From contig JBHGNT010000017.1 in the NCBI GenBank assembly GCA_043228905.1, positions 9,362,001 through 9,426,000 on the forward strand: a stretch of 64,000 bases of DNA, read 5' to 3'. The notes beneath the pieces were generated by a model that was given only the letters and a program-made list of their open reading frames with translations, was not told the origin of the DNA and did not search any database. Each line of letters begins with the position of its first letter. Within the stretch, counting starts at the first letter, position 1. Shown here one piece after another: positions 23,514 to 36,055 of the stretch. Source of the stretch: Azolla caroliniana (Eukaryota > Plantae > Polypodiophyta). The position numbers and the translations under genes are program-made.

Positions 23514-24980
23514 GCTCGAACCAGCGCCACAGGTGCGAAAGGAAGAGACCCGAGAGTGGTTGGAAACCGGTTCGGCTTCGACCGGCGTAGTCAGAGGCTC
23601 AACCGGAGGAGCGGCGCTGGAGGAATTGACGAGGGCGATAAAGGACCTCCAAATCGCGCAAGCCCGAAGGGAAGGTGGCGAACCGGCTCGTGACCGACGG
23701 CCGGCGGCAGGAAACAGGTGCATGTGGTGCGATGAAGTCGGCCACATTCGGAAGGACTGCGGCGACTTCGCGGAGGCGCTGAGGAACAGGGTGGTGTACC
23801 TGTGGGAAGGACGGGTGCATGCCAGCGACACCCGAAGGGCCCTGAGCCGAAACGACGGGCGAGGTGGTATGAAAAGGTTGATGGAAGAGGCGGCGGCCCG
23901 ACACGCGGAAACCGTTCACTACTCGGCGTCGGCCGGCATTCGAGTCGGGGGCGGCGAGGCCCGAAGGGAAAGCAAAGCCGGATTCTGGCCGACGATGCTG
24001 GAAGGCCTTGCCGGTGCAAGGCTTAAAAGGGAGGAATCGGACCGTGCGGAGAAACGGGTACGGGAGATGACCGGGTGGAGCGACCCGGTCGAGGAAAAGA
24101 CGGGCTTCGTGGAAGCCGCTTGCCAGAACTACGAGGCTCTGGTAGAAGAGAAGCGGGTGGGGAAACCCGGGACGACCGGGCCCTCACAACGATACGAGAC
24201 CCGGTCCGGGCCACGACGGGACGAAGCCGGCGGGGCCGGTACGCAAGATAAACCCCAGAAGGGCGGGTACCGTCTGGGGACGGAGACAGAAAGGACCACG
24301 GACTTACGAAAGGTCCTGGAGGAACGGATCCTCGACAGCAAGGTGGAGGTGTCGTTACGAGAGGTGCTGGGAATCGCCAAGAAGGAGTTCCACGACTCCA
24401 TCGTGGACTTGGTGAAACGGAAGAGGCTGTCAACGGAGACAGAACCGGAAAGACCGGTGGAAGTGCGGACGATGCACCTAGACGATATGGCGCTGGGAGA
24501 CGAGTGGGCAGAAAGCCACTATTCGAGACCACACTGGGCCCGAGCGACCACGGAAACCTCGGTGAAGATCGGCGATGTCCAGGAACCGGTGATAGCTTTG
24601 GTGGACCACGGATCGGAGATCAATTTGATGTCCATGGACTTCTATAAGAAGGGCAAATGGCCGATCAACACCAAGCACGGGTGGAAAATAAGGGCAGCAA
24701 CGCGCGCCACCGAGGAACTGCACGGGGCCTGTCCGAATGTGCGAGTCAAGATCGGCGACGTCGAGATTGACCAGCACTTCTTCGTGCAGGAGACGTCTTC
24801 GCATCCGGTCATACTGGGAGAGCCGTACATCACGGCGGCGCGAATGGAGACCAAGGTGCTGGACAATGGTTCAGCCTACGCGAGGGTCAAAAGCCAAGAC
24901 GGGCGCCATTCGGTCCAGTTTCTGACGGTACGGCCGAACCACGAACGTAACCGCGACTCCCTCGGTTCCGAAAACCGAGA

Positions 24981-27900
24981 GGATTTTTAGAGAGGACTGC
25001 CAAGGCGTGGGGCCGCGACAGTCCGGATGCTCCGGGAAAACCCCACATCTGTACGATAAAACCGTGTACAATAGGTAGGAAATTTTGCTTCTCCGACAGC
25101 GGAGCATGTACGATGGTCGGCATCGCCGGCCGAGAGAAAACAAAGACGGAGGGGAGACTTCGGGCGTGCGGAGTTCTCGGCCCTGACGAAGAAATCGACG
25201 GAGCCGTGGAGGCAGTCTCCTTCGACGACACCTTGGGAATGCTGGGGAAGGTAGTCGAAGAAGACCTTAACGAAGACCGGACGATACCGGTATGTTCCGA
25301 AGAAATGTACGAAGTCATCGCGGACTTCGGTCGAGGGCTCGAGTCGGAACGGACGGCCCGAGTCAGCACCAAGTACAAGACTGTGGACCGGAAGGTGAGG
25401 CCAGTTGCGGCGCCCTTACCGGAGGGCAGCGAATCCCGAATCAAAGGGGTTGCATCGGACCCCAGCTTACGAGATCCGGCCTGCATAGGACACACCTTCA
25501 CCAACGAGACGCTCCGCGAGCTGAAGATCGGTGGGGGCGGGTTCCTAGTGCCGGTGGAGGAAGACCGGTTTCGGAGAATGCTCGGAAGGCACGGGAAAGC
25601 CTTCGCATTCTCACCGGGGAAATCGGGTGCGTAGACCCGACGATCGTAGAGCCAATGGTGATATTCACGGTACCGCATGTACCGTGGAATCTCAAGCCAA
25701 TTCCGGTTCCGAGAGCTCACATCCCGAAGTTGATGGAGCTGTTGAAGCAGAAAGTTGATATGGGCATTCTCGAGCCGTCGAGCGCCCCATATTCAAACCG
25801 ATGGTTTACCGTACCAAAGAAAAACGGATCGTTGCGCTTCATTCAGGACCTGCAGCCGGTTAACAGAGTGACCATTCGGAACGCAGGGATCGGACCGACC
25901 ATAGACGAGTTCGCGGAGGCCTTCGCTGGAAGGTCGATTTACTCGGTCGGTGATCTATACTCAGGGTACGACCAGTTCCAGCTAGCCGTGGAGAGCAGAG
26001 ACATTACGACGATGCGAACTCCCCTCGGCCTAGTGCGGATGTGTACGCTGCCGCAAGGAGGGACCAACTCGGTGGCCCACATGGTGAATGCAATGAACAA
26101 GGTGCTGAGGGACTGCATCCCGGACATCACCATGCCGTTTCTAGACGACATCCCGATCAAGGGATGCCCGGTAGAAGAAAAGGACGAGACGATCGGGCCG
26201 GACGGATGCCGGCGATTCGTGATGACGCACATCGACGACTGCGAGAAGGTGCTGCAAAGGCTAGAGGATGCGAGGCTCACCTTCTCGGGGGAGAAGTCAG
26301 CCTTCGGGCAGTCGGAAATCATGGTGGTCGGACATTTATGTGGACCATATGGCCGGAAACCGTCTCCGGCAAAGGTAGAAGCCATCTCCGCGATGAAGCC
26401 TGATTGCAGCTCGGTCACGGAAGTACGAAGATTCTTGGGAGCATGCGCCTTCTACCACATATGGATCCCGCATTACGCGCACGTCGCGGAGCCGCTGTAC
26501 GGATTATTGAAGAAAGGGCGAAGATTCGAATGGCTAGACAAGCACACGGAGTCGGTCCGGAAGCTGAAGGAGGCTCTTTCGGCAGCACCGGCGCTCCGAA
26601 AGGCCGTCTACAGGAAGGGCACCCCAGTGTACATAACGGTTGACACGAGTCCGACCGGAATCGGGTGGTTCGTCAACCAAGAAGACGAGGATGGCAATCG
26701 GTTTCCGATCCGATTCGGCGCGAAGGTCCTCAGTGAGCGGCAGCGAGGATACGCCCAGGTTAAACGCGAACTCTGGGGTATCGTTTCGGCGGTGAAGGCC
26801 GACAAGGACTATCTGATCGGGACAGAGGTAATCATAGAGACGGATTGCATGCCGATTCTCGGCATGGTTTCCGGATGCGCGACGCCGGACCTGGCAATGC
26901 TCAGGTGGATAGCGTACATCAAGTCCCTGGACCCGGAAATACGACACATTTCCGGGAAAGACAACGCCATGGCCGACATGCTTTCAAGGGCGAGATTCGA
27001 TGACGAGGGCGGCATGGTTTCGGAGGACGAAGAGGTCGGCGTGGACTTCTTCGAGACTGCGTATGTAACAACCGACGGAACAAGCACTCCGGCGCTTAAC
27101 GACTTCGACGCGAGCAAGTACGACGGGGAGTGGCTGCAGATCGGTGGGTTTTTGAAGACAATGACGCCCGATGCGTCATGGACGAAGGACGAGGCCAACC
27201 GGATCCGGAAGAAAGCGTACCGGTTCTTTCTCCGGGATGGCTATCTATGGAAGCACCCGAAGAAGAGGGACGGCGCTCCGCTCCGGGTGGTGGCGGTGAA
27301 GGAAGATCAGGAGGAGCTGCTAGCGGCCTACCACGACAGCCCTTGGGCTGGACACCGTGGAACATGGGCTACGTTTGAGAAACTGAAGGGGAAGTATTGG
27401 TGGCCGGGGCAGTACCAGGACGTGCATCGGTTCGTGACAACTTGCGAGAGCTGTCAGATGCATTCCATAGTCCGACATCGAGACGAGCTTCACCCTACGT
27501 ACCCTCCGACCATCCACTTCAAATGGATGGTAGATCTGGTGACGATGCCAATGGGGGTAGGACAGATGCGGTACCTGGTCCTAGCACGGGAGGATCTGAC
27601 GAACCAGGTGGAAGGCCGGGCCCTTCCGAACAAAACAACTGCGGCCGTATGTCGGTTCCTAATCGAGGACGTGATATGCCGGTACGGGTGCGTCGGGAAG
27701 ATCGTGGCTGACCGAGGGGAGTTGGACGCCGAAGAAGCCGCGGAGCTGTTCGACCGGCTGGGAGTCAAGCTCTCGCTCACCACTGCGTACAATCCGGAGG
27801 CGAATGGAAAGGTGGAGCGCGGACACGGACCGATCGTCAAGGCGTTGGTTCGGGCATGCGGAGGCCGAGTCGGTAACTGGCCGCGACTGCTACCTTATGC

Positions 27901-28468
27901 TTTGTGGGCAGACCGGACCACGCACAGTTCGGTAACCGGGTACATGCCGACGGAGCTCATGTTCGGCCAGAAGCCGATCATGCCGATTGAACGGACGATC
28001 TCCTCGTGGGCAACGGTCGACTGGAGGGACGAGATGAGCCGGGAGGAGTTGTTGGCCGCGCGTATACGACAGCTCGAGCGGAGACCGGAGGACGTGGAAC
28101 TGGCTGCGGAGAAGCTCCGGGTGGCGAGGACAAAGAACAAAGCCAGGTTCGACCGAACGCACCGGCTCCGACCGAAGAAAATCGAAGAAGGTGACTGGGT
28201 GCTCGTCTACGACAGCAGCCTCGACAACCAGCACCGAGCTACACGGAAGTTCGCACGAAGGTGGTTCGGGCCTTACGTGGTACAGAGCGCCAATGACAAC
28301 GGGACATATCACCTGGCGGAACTCGACGGCACGAGAATGGCGGTACCGGTTGCAGGGAAGCGGATCAAAGCGTTCAAGAAGCGACACGACGACGAGCCAG
28401 ATCCGGCTCTCCTAGTCAGCAGTGACGAACGATCCGAAAACGAGGAAGAACCGAAGGGCGAGGAATGA
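24981..28468 (+). pseudogene. pol (RT-RH-INT) of Trp-primed Gypsy copy 1; 1-bp deletion at ~25619
   Basis: DLYSGYDQ, LPQGGTNS, FLDDIPIKG, VDTSPTG, WMVDLV, ANGKVER; ORFs 25113-25634 and 25292-28468 join by comparison with copy 2. Confidence 0.93.
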
Positions 28469-28539
28469 AGACGGGCCGGTTTTCTCCGTCCCAACTCTCT
28501 TGGCGCATACCGGAGGATGCGCGGTTAGGTGGGGGCGGA

Positions 28540-29322
28540 TGTCGTGAAGAAAACCGTCCATAAGCGGAATCGGCGCACCAAGGCGTGGGAACCGGTTCTT
28601 CACGCGTGCACGCTCCAAGTTGTACATAGAAGCGAATTAGGAGGATAATCGGCAGGAACGGGCCCTAACACGAGTGGAGACAAAGACCGCGCGAACAGTC
28701 TTTTCGGTCGCGCGCATGAACTGTACGAGTCGGCGGCGTAACTACGCGGATGCGTGAAGAACGGAGCGGATCCCTGTCCAAAAGGGACAGGGAATAAAGC
28801 TGACAGGATGGCCTGCTCGTCGGCCTATATAAGGAGCAGGAAAGAGCAGTTGCAGGCATCTCGCGCAGAGAGGACGAAGTGCTGTCGGACCGTTTCTGGA
28901 CGCTTCTCTCTCTGTTTCCTTCCTTCTTGAGCTCCATAGCTTCTGTGCAGGGTTCCGAGGAGGCTCGCGCTGTTTCGAGGAACGCCCGAGTGCTTCCGGC
29001 AGCGCCTCCGACCTGCTACTCCTTTGTGCGTCGAAGCGAACAAGCATCGGCATCTGTTCGCCGGCCTGTTCGGTTGTAACCAACCTGTGCCCCATCGAGG
29101 GTTGTAGTCGTGTTAGCCATTTTTGTTAATATACATATTTAGTCATTCGCATCTGTCTGTGTCGATGTCTGTTCGCGTTCTCCGTGCTGAAGGGCCGTGT
29201 CCCTGTGTATCCCCGGTCCTGCGTAGCCGGTTCTCTCTCTTTCTCCTCCCTCGCTTGCTCTTTGGTTCGAGACCCCCGCGGTCTCGCCTCGTTTCCACAC
29301 GCACTTGCGTAATATCTCGACA
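28540..29322 (+). repeat. 3' LTR of Trp-primed Gypsy copy 1
   Basis: Preceded by PPT GGTTAGGTGGGGGCGGA; followed by TSD CCGG. Confidence 0.96.
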
Positions 29323-31271
29323 CCGGCTGGAGATTTCAAATGTCGTAGGAAACCATTCTCCAGATTCTCCTCTATATAGGTTCGAAGGACTTCCAGTTCG
29401 GTTGGTGATAGATTGTAGATCGGTCCCCATGGTGGCTCTTTCCCTGGTTGTAAATCGATGGGGCAATCATATGGTCAATGGTGAGGAAGCGTATTGGCTT
29501 ATACTTTATCAAACACATTGGCATAATGACGATACTTCTCTGGAAGTTGAACGGTGGATTCCTCTTTAGTGGTGCTGGAGGGTTTTACTGATATCGCGAA
29601 GAGGAACATTTCTTCCTTGCGTCCTTCCTCACACAACTAATGTAGTGAAATCGTTGCAATCTCATGAGTAGACCCGCGGGCTTTTCGATGCCGAATTTCT
29701 CTTGTTCGCCAATCTATGTCTGGGTTATGTAATTCGAACCATGGTAATCCTAAGACAATGGGGTGTTCTGGGATGCTAATTATATTAAATGATACGACAC
29801 ATGCTAGATTATCTAGGACAATATTAACGGGCTCTGACTCTTCTATGATATTTCTGGAAGCAATGGGATGACCATCAATGACTACTACAGAGGCAAGACA
29901 CGGGAGTTTTCTAAGAGATATCTGATGAGCTTGGGCAAATTTCCTATCCATGATGCAAGAATTAGCTCCGGAATCTAGAAGTGCTAAGACATGTATTGGA
30001 GGAGTACTTTTAGTACTAACTGTTACTTGAGCTACGAACACATTGCTAACTTGCTTAGAGGGAATGGAACCACTAATGGGCTGCACAGATCTAGGGCTGT
30101 CCAACCAAACGGCCTATTTTGGCTGGACTTAGTCATTTAACTCTTCCTCTAACTGACTAAGGACATCAAATTTGTTCACTAGATTTGGGCTATTAGTACT
30201 ATTAGGACTATCAGATATCCCTATTGAAATAGACTCGGGTTTAGTACAATCAGAACTAGCAACTATTTGGTTTACTTGCCTTCTTGGCCTATGGGGACAG
30301 TTTACCGCGATATGCCCTGGTCCACCGCAATAAAGACATAGTCGGTTTGCTCGGCGTCGTTGCTTTTCTTCTTCCGATAGTGGTCCACGACGACGTGTGG
30401 TGTCAATTTCCATCGGAGTTGGAGTACATACTGGAGGCGCATTATATGACTCCCTCGGAAAAGGTTTCTCTATTGCTGAGGCGTAGGTAGGCTCTCATCT
30501 TGCCCTCGGAATCTGGAATTGTCGTTCCGAACGTTGTTCGAAGAGGCGGTTGTCGCATCTCACCGCACGACTAATTGCTTCTGTTAATGACTTTGGATCT
30601 TCGGGGAAGGTCAAGAGTAAATCCTTGACATCATTGCGTAAGCCATAACAGAATTGCTCCATCAATGCGTGATCATCCCAAGGGTTATCGGCAACGAGTA
30701 GGCGGAAATCTGCAGCGTATGCGGAGGCTGGATGATCACCTTGGCATAATCGCCGGATTTTGTTGATTGCAATCCTTATGCTGTTAGTATCTCCAAAACA
30801 AACCTTAAACTCACTTATAAATTCTTCAAAATTGTTTAGTAATGGAGATTCCTTTTCCAACAATGGAGCAAACCATGCTAATGCTAAGCCACTAAGGAGA
30901 GTGCCTACTAGTCCCACTCGTGATGCATCAGTGGGATATCGAGAAGGATGCATTTGTATCACTAAACGTACCTGATTCAAAAGCCCTCTAAACTGTGATT
31001 GGGTCCCATCAAATTTTGTAGGAAGACCGATCTTGGGTTCTTTGTGAATCCCTTGAGTGCTTGATCTTTGTTGTTGTAATCATATGATAGTCGCTTCGAG
31101 TTGTTGTACACGTAACGTCAGCTTCCTATGTTGTTATTGTTTTTCCACTGCTATTTGTTGAAGATCCCCCAACAAACAATGATTTTCTTGTTCTAGTGCT
31201 ACAAATTTCTCTTTTAAGCATTGGAGCTCCGAGAAAACAGATTGGTATTCTTGAGTGCTAACAATTTCCAT
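29323..31271 (-). pseudogene. Tcn1-like copy 1 gag, protease and RT N-terminus
   Basis: [50 protein letters not shown]. Confidence 0.9.
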
Positions 31272-31364
31272 TTTACTAGGGAGAATAAGAGGATTAATAA
31301 GAAGATAAAATGAAGAGGAGGAAAGGAAGATACGGAAGGAAGATCGACCAAAATCGGTTCAAAC

Positions 31365-31795
31365 TGTCAAGAACAATACTAAGACAGAGAAGGAATTAGT
31401 ACTAAAAGAAGTATTAGTACTAAGAGAGGTGAAGAACTCTCGAGAGGAGGAAAGAGTGAGTGAGAGGGAGGGAGAGAGAGATCGAGATCGAGAGAGTGAT
31501 GATAAGAAAAGATATATATTATGTGAAGAGAATGTACAGTAGTAGCGAGGAGGCTTAAGACTGGCGTTGAACCGATTTGGTTCGAAATAATGCCTTGTGC
31601 CTCCTTTTATAGTGTTCTAAGGAATACTCCTGAAGTTTCTAGAATGTTCCAGAGAAATTTGGAATATACATCAATTTTCTATAATAAAACATAAATGAAA
31701 ATAATATTCTATATATTACAATGTATGGTCTAATGGTCAAGAGCTCGACCCATGTAGCATAAGGTCATGGGTTCGAGTCTTGTCATATCATGACA
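31365..31795 (-). repeat. 5' LTR of Tcn1-like copy 1
   Basis: TG...CA ends; TATAAAA on minus strand at ~31605-31611; flanked by TSD CATGC. Confidence 0.94.
31718..31790 (+). promoter_or_regulatory. tRNA-like Pol III A/B-box module in U3, antisense to the element (also at 13807-13880, 51247-51318, 56055-56126)
   Basis: TGGTCTAATGG (A-box, 31726) and GGTTCGAGTC (B-box, 31770) with tRNA-like spacing of 44 nt. Confidence 0.7.
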
Positions 31796-32298
31796 CATGC
31801 TGACCTTTGCCAGTTCCCTATGAACTTTGACTAGGGCCGCGTTTAATGGGGGTAGTTCCATCCCCATTCGGCGTATATCGGCGTTCCTCCGTTTGCCGAC
31901 TCTAGCTAATTGGTCCTCATCATCGCCTTCCGCCGTTTGTGTTAAGGTGCGCTCGATCATCTAGCGCTCCGCGTGCTCCTTGGCCATTCGTTGTGAGACC
32001 TTTATTTGTTGCATTGCCAAGAATTCCATGAGCTCAAAAGAAGTTCTGAACTATAATAGTGCGCTGAACTCATGGGCCGTGTTCGGGATATCCGGATATG
32101 CCAAGATCTCGCTTTCCGCCGTCAATACGACTTTCCCTCACTGTGACTGGGCCGTAATGATCGGCCATGGGTCCCGTATTATTTCGAAGGTGGTGTTGGG
32201 CTCCGTAGCTGCGGAGTCGTTGCCTCCGCCACCAAATAGTGCAGAAGACCTTCTATTTCCTTCTTTTTGTGGCCTAGGGTTCATTGGTCGGTGAGCCA
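31796..32298 (-). pseudogene. N-terminal part of the 3' ORF of Gypsy remnant A
   Basis: Reads ...KVHRELAKVSM across TSD CATGC into GAKEMAIKNKNIWKKVKL (10929-10872) and TQVELQK (5172 leftward). Confidence 0.7.
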
Positions 32299-32443
32299 TC
32301 GTGGTGCCGCGTGTTCTTGGTCTAGAAGTCTGTGCATGCATTAAGTCCTTTTAATAGCGTCTCTATCCTCTCTCTTTTTTTTTTTTTCGTAACGGTTACA
32401 TACAAGCCTATTTTTACACTATGATACAAGTAGGGCCGTCTAC

Positions 32444-32567
32444 TTACTCCACAGATTCTCCGGCTTTGTCCTTTCCGGCAGGGAATGGGTTAGGTGGTGT
32501 AGGTCCCAGATAAGGTTTAAGGCGAAACCCATTCAGCTTCTATCGTAATACTTCCCTGGCCAGTGTT
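32444..32567 (-). pseudogene. Integrase C-terminus of Athila/Tat-like Gypsy remnant A
   Basis: TLAREVLR*KLNGFRLKPYLGPTPPNPF resembles the terminal NGxRLKPY motif of non-chromovirus Gypsy integrases. Confidence 0.7.
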
Positions 32568-32885
32568 ACCCGACCGACAAAGGATTAAAGACCAGAATGT
32601 GAAAGGGATGGTTATTCGGAATATATTTTAATTAAGTAAAGTAGATTATAATTATGTAGTGAACGGACAGACCGGAATCGGTATGCCGATCTGGATCCAG
32701 ACCGGTTCCGAACAGGTGCCGGTTGGCACCGACGAACGACCTGGTTACGAAGTGAGCAAGGAGACTTGATGAACAACTGAGGAAGCGAGAGGCTTTCCAG
32801 CAAGCGGCAGAAGAAATTAGAGCGGATCACTCATTTTCCAAGGTGATCCGGAGAGTGGCCAAGGAGTCACTTCTGTTACCACAAA

Positions 32886-34825
32886 ATGCCTACCCGGACG
32901 AAGGAAGCAGCCTAAGCAGCCTCCGGGAAGCGGAATCCCTTCTCTAGGCATTGGCTGCGGGGGAAGGCGAATCCGAAGCATTTTCGGCATTTGAATCGGG
33001 TTCGGACGGGGAATACAACGCGCAGACGAACTACCGCAGTAGTAACGACACCCCAGGCGGACTAGAGGATGAGGAGTCGGATACCTTGCCGACACCAGAA
33101 CCAGAATTGACAAGGCTGGAACCTCTGATACCGAAAGTCGACCACACTCCGGAACTAGAAGTCGACGATGAAAGACCTCTGACACCGGAAGTCGAGGAGG
33201 AGAAGCCTCCGACATCGAAAGAGGAGTAGGAAAGACCTCCGATGGAGACAGAAGACCGGGAAAAACCTCCGACACCACCAGCCCGTGTACCGACACTAGA
33301 CGACAATATGTCGTTCCAATATCCTAGATACTAGGATGATCCGGATGCAGAAGCCCACGTCCATGCATTTCAGCAGACCTGGGAGGCGAACCATGTGTCC
33401 CAACGCTTAAATGCAGCCAAAGAGGAATGCTCAAAAAGGGCAAAGTTCGGCATGACCTTGGAGGGACCGGCCGCCAAATGGCACCCAACACAAGATCCTA
33501 GCACCATCCCCACGTTTGAAACATTAAAGACAATTTTTTGCATTTCTTTGACAAGGAGATGGACCAACGGGAAATGGTAGGCTTATTTTATAGTATCCGG
33601 CAGGAACCAACGCAGAACATTCAACAGTTTGTCATCCGGTTCCAGCGGATCCACAGTTAGCTCAGCCGGACACCACCGGAGGAAGAAACAAAGGCCATAT
33701 TCTTAGCAGCCCTCCGGGAACCCTTATGTACGGTGTGCACTGTTATTGATTTCCACACCAGCAGCATAGATCAAGTGATTGACTGAGTTCGGGAAATGGA
33801 AACCTCAAGTTCATGGCTAAACATGGGCGTGCACTACCAACAGAAGAGGACCTTCGTTTCCGGCAAGCAGTTCAATGTACGACATGCCTGAATGCCAGAC
33901 ATTCGGCGCTGGAATGCACATGTGTTCTTAATGCTTGCTCTACCACTCCAGAAGTCACACAATGGAACGGTGTGAGTATAACTTGTTAAATCGGCAAGCA
34001 CCACCGGTCCGACAAATTGAACCATGGAGCAACCAGGAGGAAGAAGAAGACCGCTACCGACCGGCACAAGATGTTCGGTACAGCGATCGAAGAGACGCTT
34101 ATGACCGATATGACAGACAGGATAGATACCGGGACTATAATGGATGGTACGAGAGATACAACTGGGAGCACTCCCCTAGTTACAACCACCGACGGGATGA
34201 CTATGGCAAGTATGACGACCAACACCGTCAAGTTTACCGAAACAAAAAGAATTTCAAGAAACGTCATTTCAACAAAAAGGGGGGTCATCCACGGGAACCG
34301 GAAAAGGGCACTCCGAGCAGCCAACCAGAACAAAACCAAGCACTTACCACAGGACCTCCACCAAGCCCACACGCCGAATCTAGCAACACCCGAAAGCCGT
34401 ACTGCTATTATTGCCGGCAAGAAGGCCACTATAGTAATCAATGTCCGACGAAGAGCTATGACAAGCGACCGACGGTGAACATGGTAGACGTGGAAGTCGC
34501 GGACATACAACAAGTCACTACAAGATCAAAAGGCAAAGCCACGGAGTGGGAAACTCAAGAAGCCATCTGGAAGCAGGCAACCGAATGGGTGAAGAAGGCA
34601 AATGAGCGGAATGCGGCAGAGCTCGAACAACAAAAGGAGAATGCCGAAGAGGTCACCGGCCCAGGGCAGCCCAAAAACCCAACCTGGCAGGCGTTACAAG
34701 AATGCCAAATAACGTTGTCGTTAGGCCGGCTATTGCAACTGGTACCACGCTTCACGGAAGGACTGAAGACAAGAAGGACGACAGCTGACACACCACCGAC
34801 TCCGGCATTCTTTTCAAATCCGGAG
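32886..34825 (+). pseudogene. Gypsy gag relic (retrotrans-gag, zinc knuckles, pre-protease region)
   Basis: FQYPRY*DDPDAEAHVHAFQQTWEANH; CYYCRQEGHYSNQC; WQALQECQITLSLGRLLQLVPRF. Confidence 0.8.
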
Positions 34826-36055
34826 GGGGGCATCTTCACCATTGACAACCCTACCCTGGAGCAGCTCCGAAAATATTTTGGGGAATACTCTCTGGCAAGC
34901 AAGGCCTACCGGACACAGGGCAGCGAAGATCCACTCTTTCGAGAGATTGGCCGCGTGCTCCATGAATTTGGATATGTATACCCTTGACCCCCGCGCATAG
35001 CCACATATGAAGGCGTGAAGGTGGACTGGGCGGTACTGATTGCGGATGGCCTCTATGCGGCCATTGACTTTGTCAGAGGCAAAGACGGTCGGAAGATATG
35101 GACGGTAGTGGCGCAATGGCTCACCCTATTGGCGCCACCTATTGAGCCCGTCATGACCACGAAATGGGGAAGAACAATTGAAGGCACCCCGAAAACAGCC
35201 TCGAAATGGCAACAACTGTTGGCTTCTAAGGCAACCAAAGGGAAGGCGGCCGACACGGACTAGGTGGCAAAGGAGCGCGCCAATAGGAAGCGACAGGCGG
35301 AAACGCAGGAGGAGCCACCGGTACGGTGTCGTGAAGAAAACCGCCCACAAGAGGAATCGGAGGACAAGGCGTGGGAAACGACTCTACACACACGCGCGCC
35401 AAGAAGTACCTAAGGACGAAGTAGGTACATACGAGGATCCTAGGTGGGTAGATTCGGTTGGTATGCAGTTAATGCCAAACGGCCTCTTGACGGGCTATAA
35501 AAGGAAGAGGAAGAATAGAAGTGGGCATCTCCCGCGGAGAGGACGAAGTGCTGCCGAACCGATTTCGGAGCTTCTCTCTCTCTCCCGCTCTCTCTGTCTT
35601 CTGCTCCATCGCGTACCTGTGCAGGTTTCGAGGAGGCTTGCGCTGTTCCGTGGAACGCCCGAGTGCGTCCTGCAGCACCTCCGACCTGTTTCCCCTTTCT
35701 GTGCGTCGCGACATACAGGGGTCGGCATCTGTTCGCCGCCCTGTTCGTTTTCGTTAGTATCTATTTCGTGCCCCACTGAGGGTTGTAGTACTTTAGTCTG
35801 TTATTTTCTTGCATTCATAAGTACATATCTTTCGTTGTTGCGTCCATCTGCGTCGGCGTTTATTTGTGTTCTCTGTTTGTTGGGCCGTGTCCCTGTGTAA
35901 TTGTCGGTTCTGCGCAATCGGAACTTCGGTTCTGTGTAATCGGGGTCTCTCTCTCTTATCTCTCTCTCTCTTGTTCTTCGGTTCAAGACCCCCGTGGTCC
36001 CTCCTCCTTTCTACACGCAAGGGCGTAGCAACCCCGACATCTTGGTGAACCCGAC

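Larger units (their letters stand above)
17458..24990 (+). pseudogene. gag-protease of Trp-primed Gypsy copy 1, split by Copia 2 (17458-18139 and 23514-24990)
   Basis: Joined halves match the intact 717-aa ORF 36056-38209; CMWCDEVGHIRKDC knuckle; LVDHGSEIN protease. Confidence 0.93.
16658..29322 (+). mobile_element. Non-chromovirus Ty3/Gypsy (Phygy/Selgy-like, tRNA-Trp primed) copy 1
   Basis: 783-bp LTRs 16658-17440 and 28540-29322; 4-bp TSD CCGG; PBS TGGTGAACCCGACGTGAA; interrupts the SPAGAP RT motif of its host. Confidence 0.95.
10930..31795 (-). mobile_element. Tcn1-like chromovirus copy 1 (degenerate), hosting nested insertions
   Basis: LTRs 10930-13884 (LINE-interrupted) and 31365-31795; TSD CATGC (10925-10929 / 31796-31800); PEG10/DUF4939-like gag; chromodomain YKVVAILDSK...YYLVDWLGY...TWEP. 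Confidence 0.93.

Noticed and set aside
33150-33280. ~30-bp periodic repeats as a CRISPR-like array
   Set aside because: Degenerate coding tandem repeats (E-x-x-x-E-R/K-P-P-T) in the gag N-terminus; no spacers, no cas genes, eukaryotic context.
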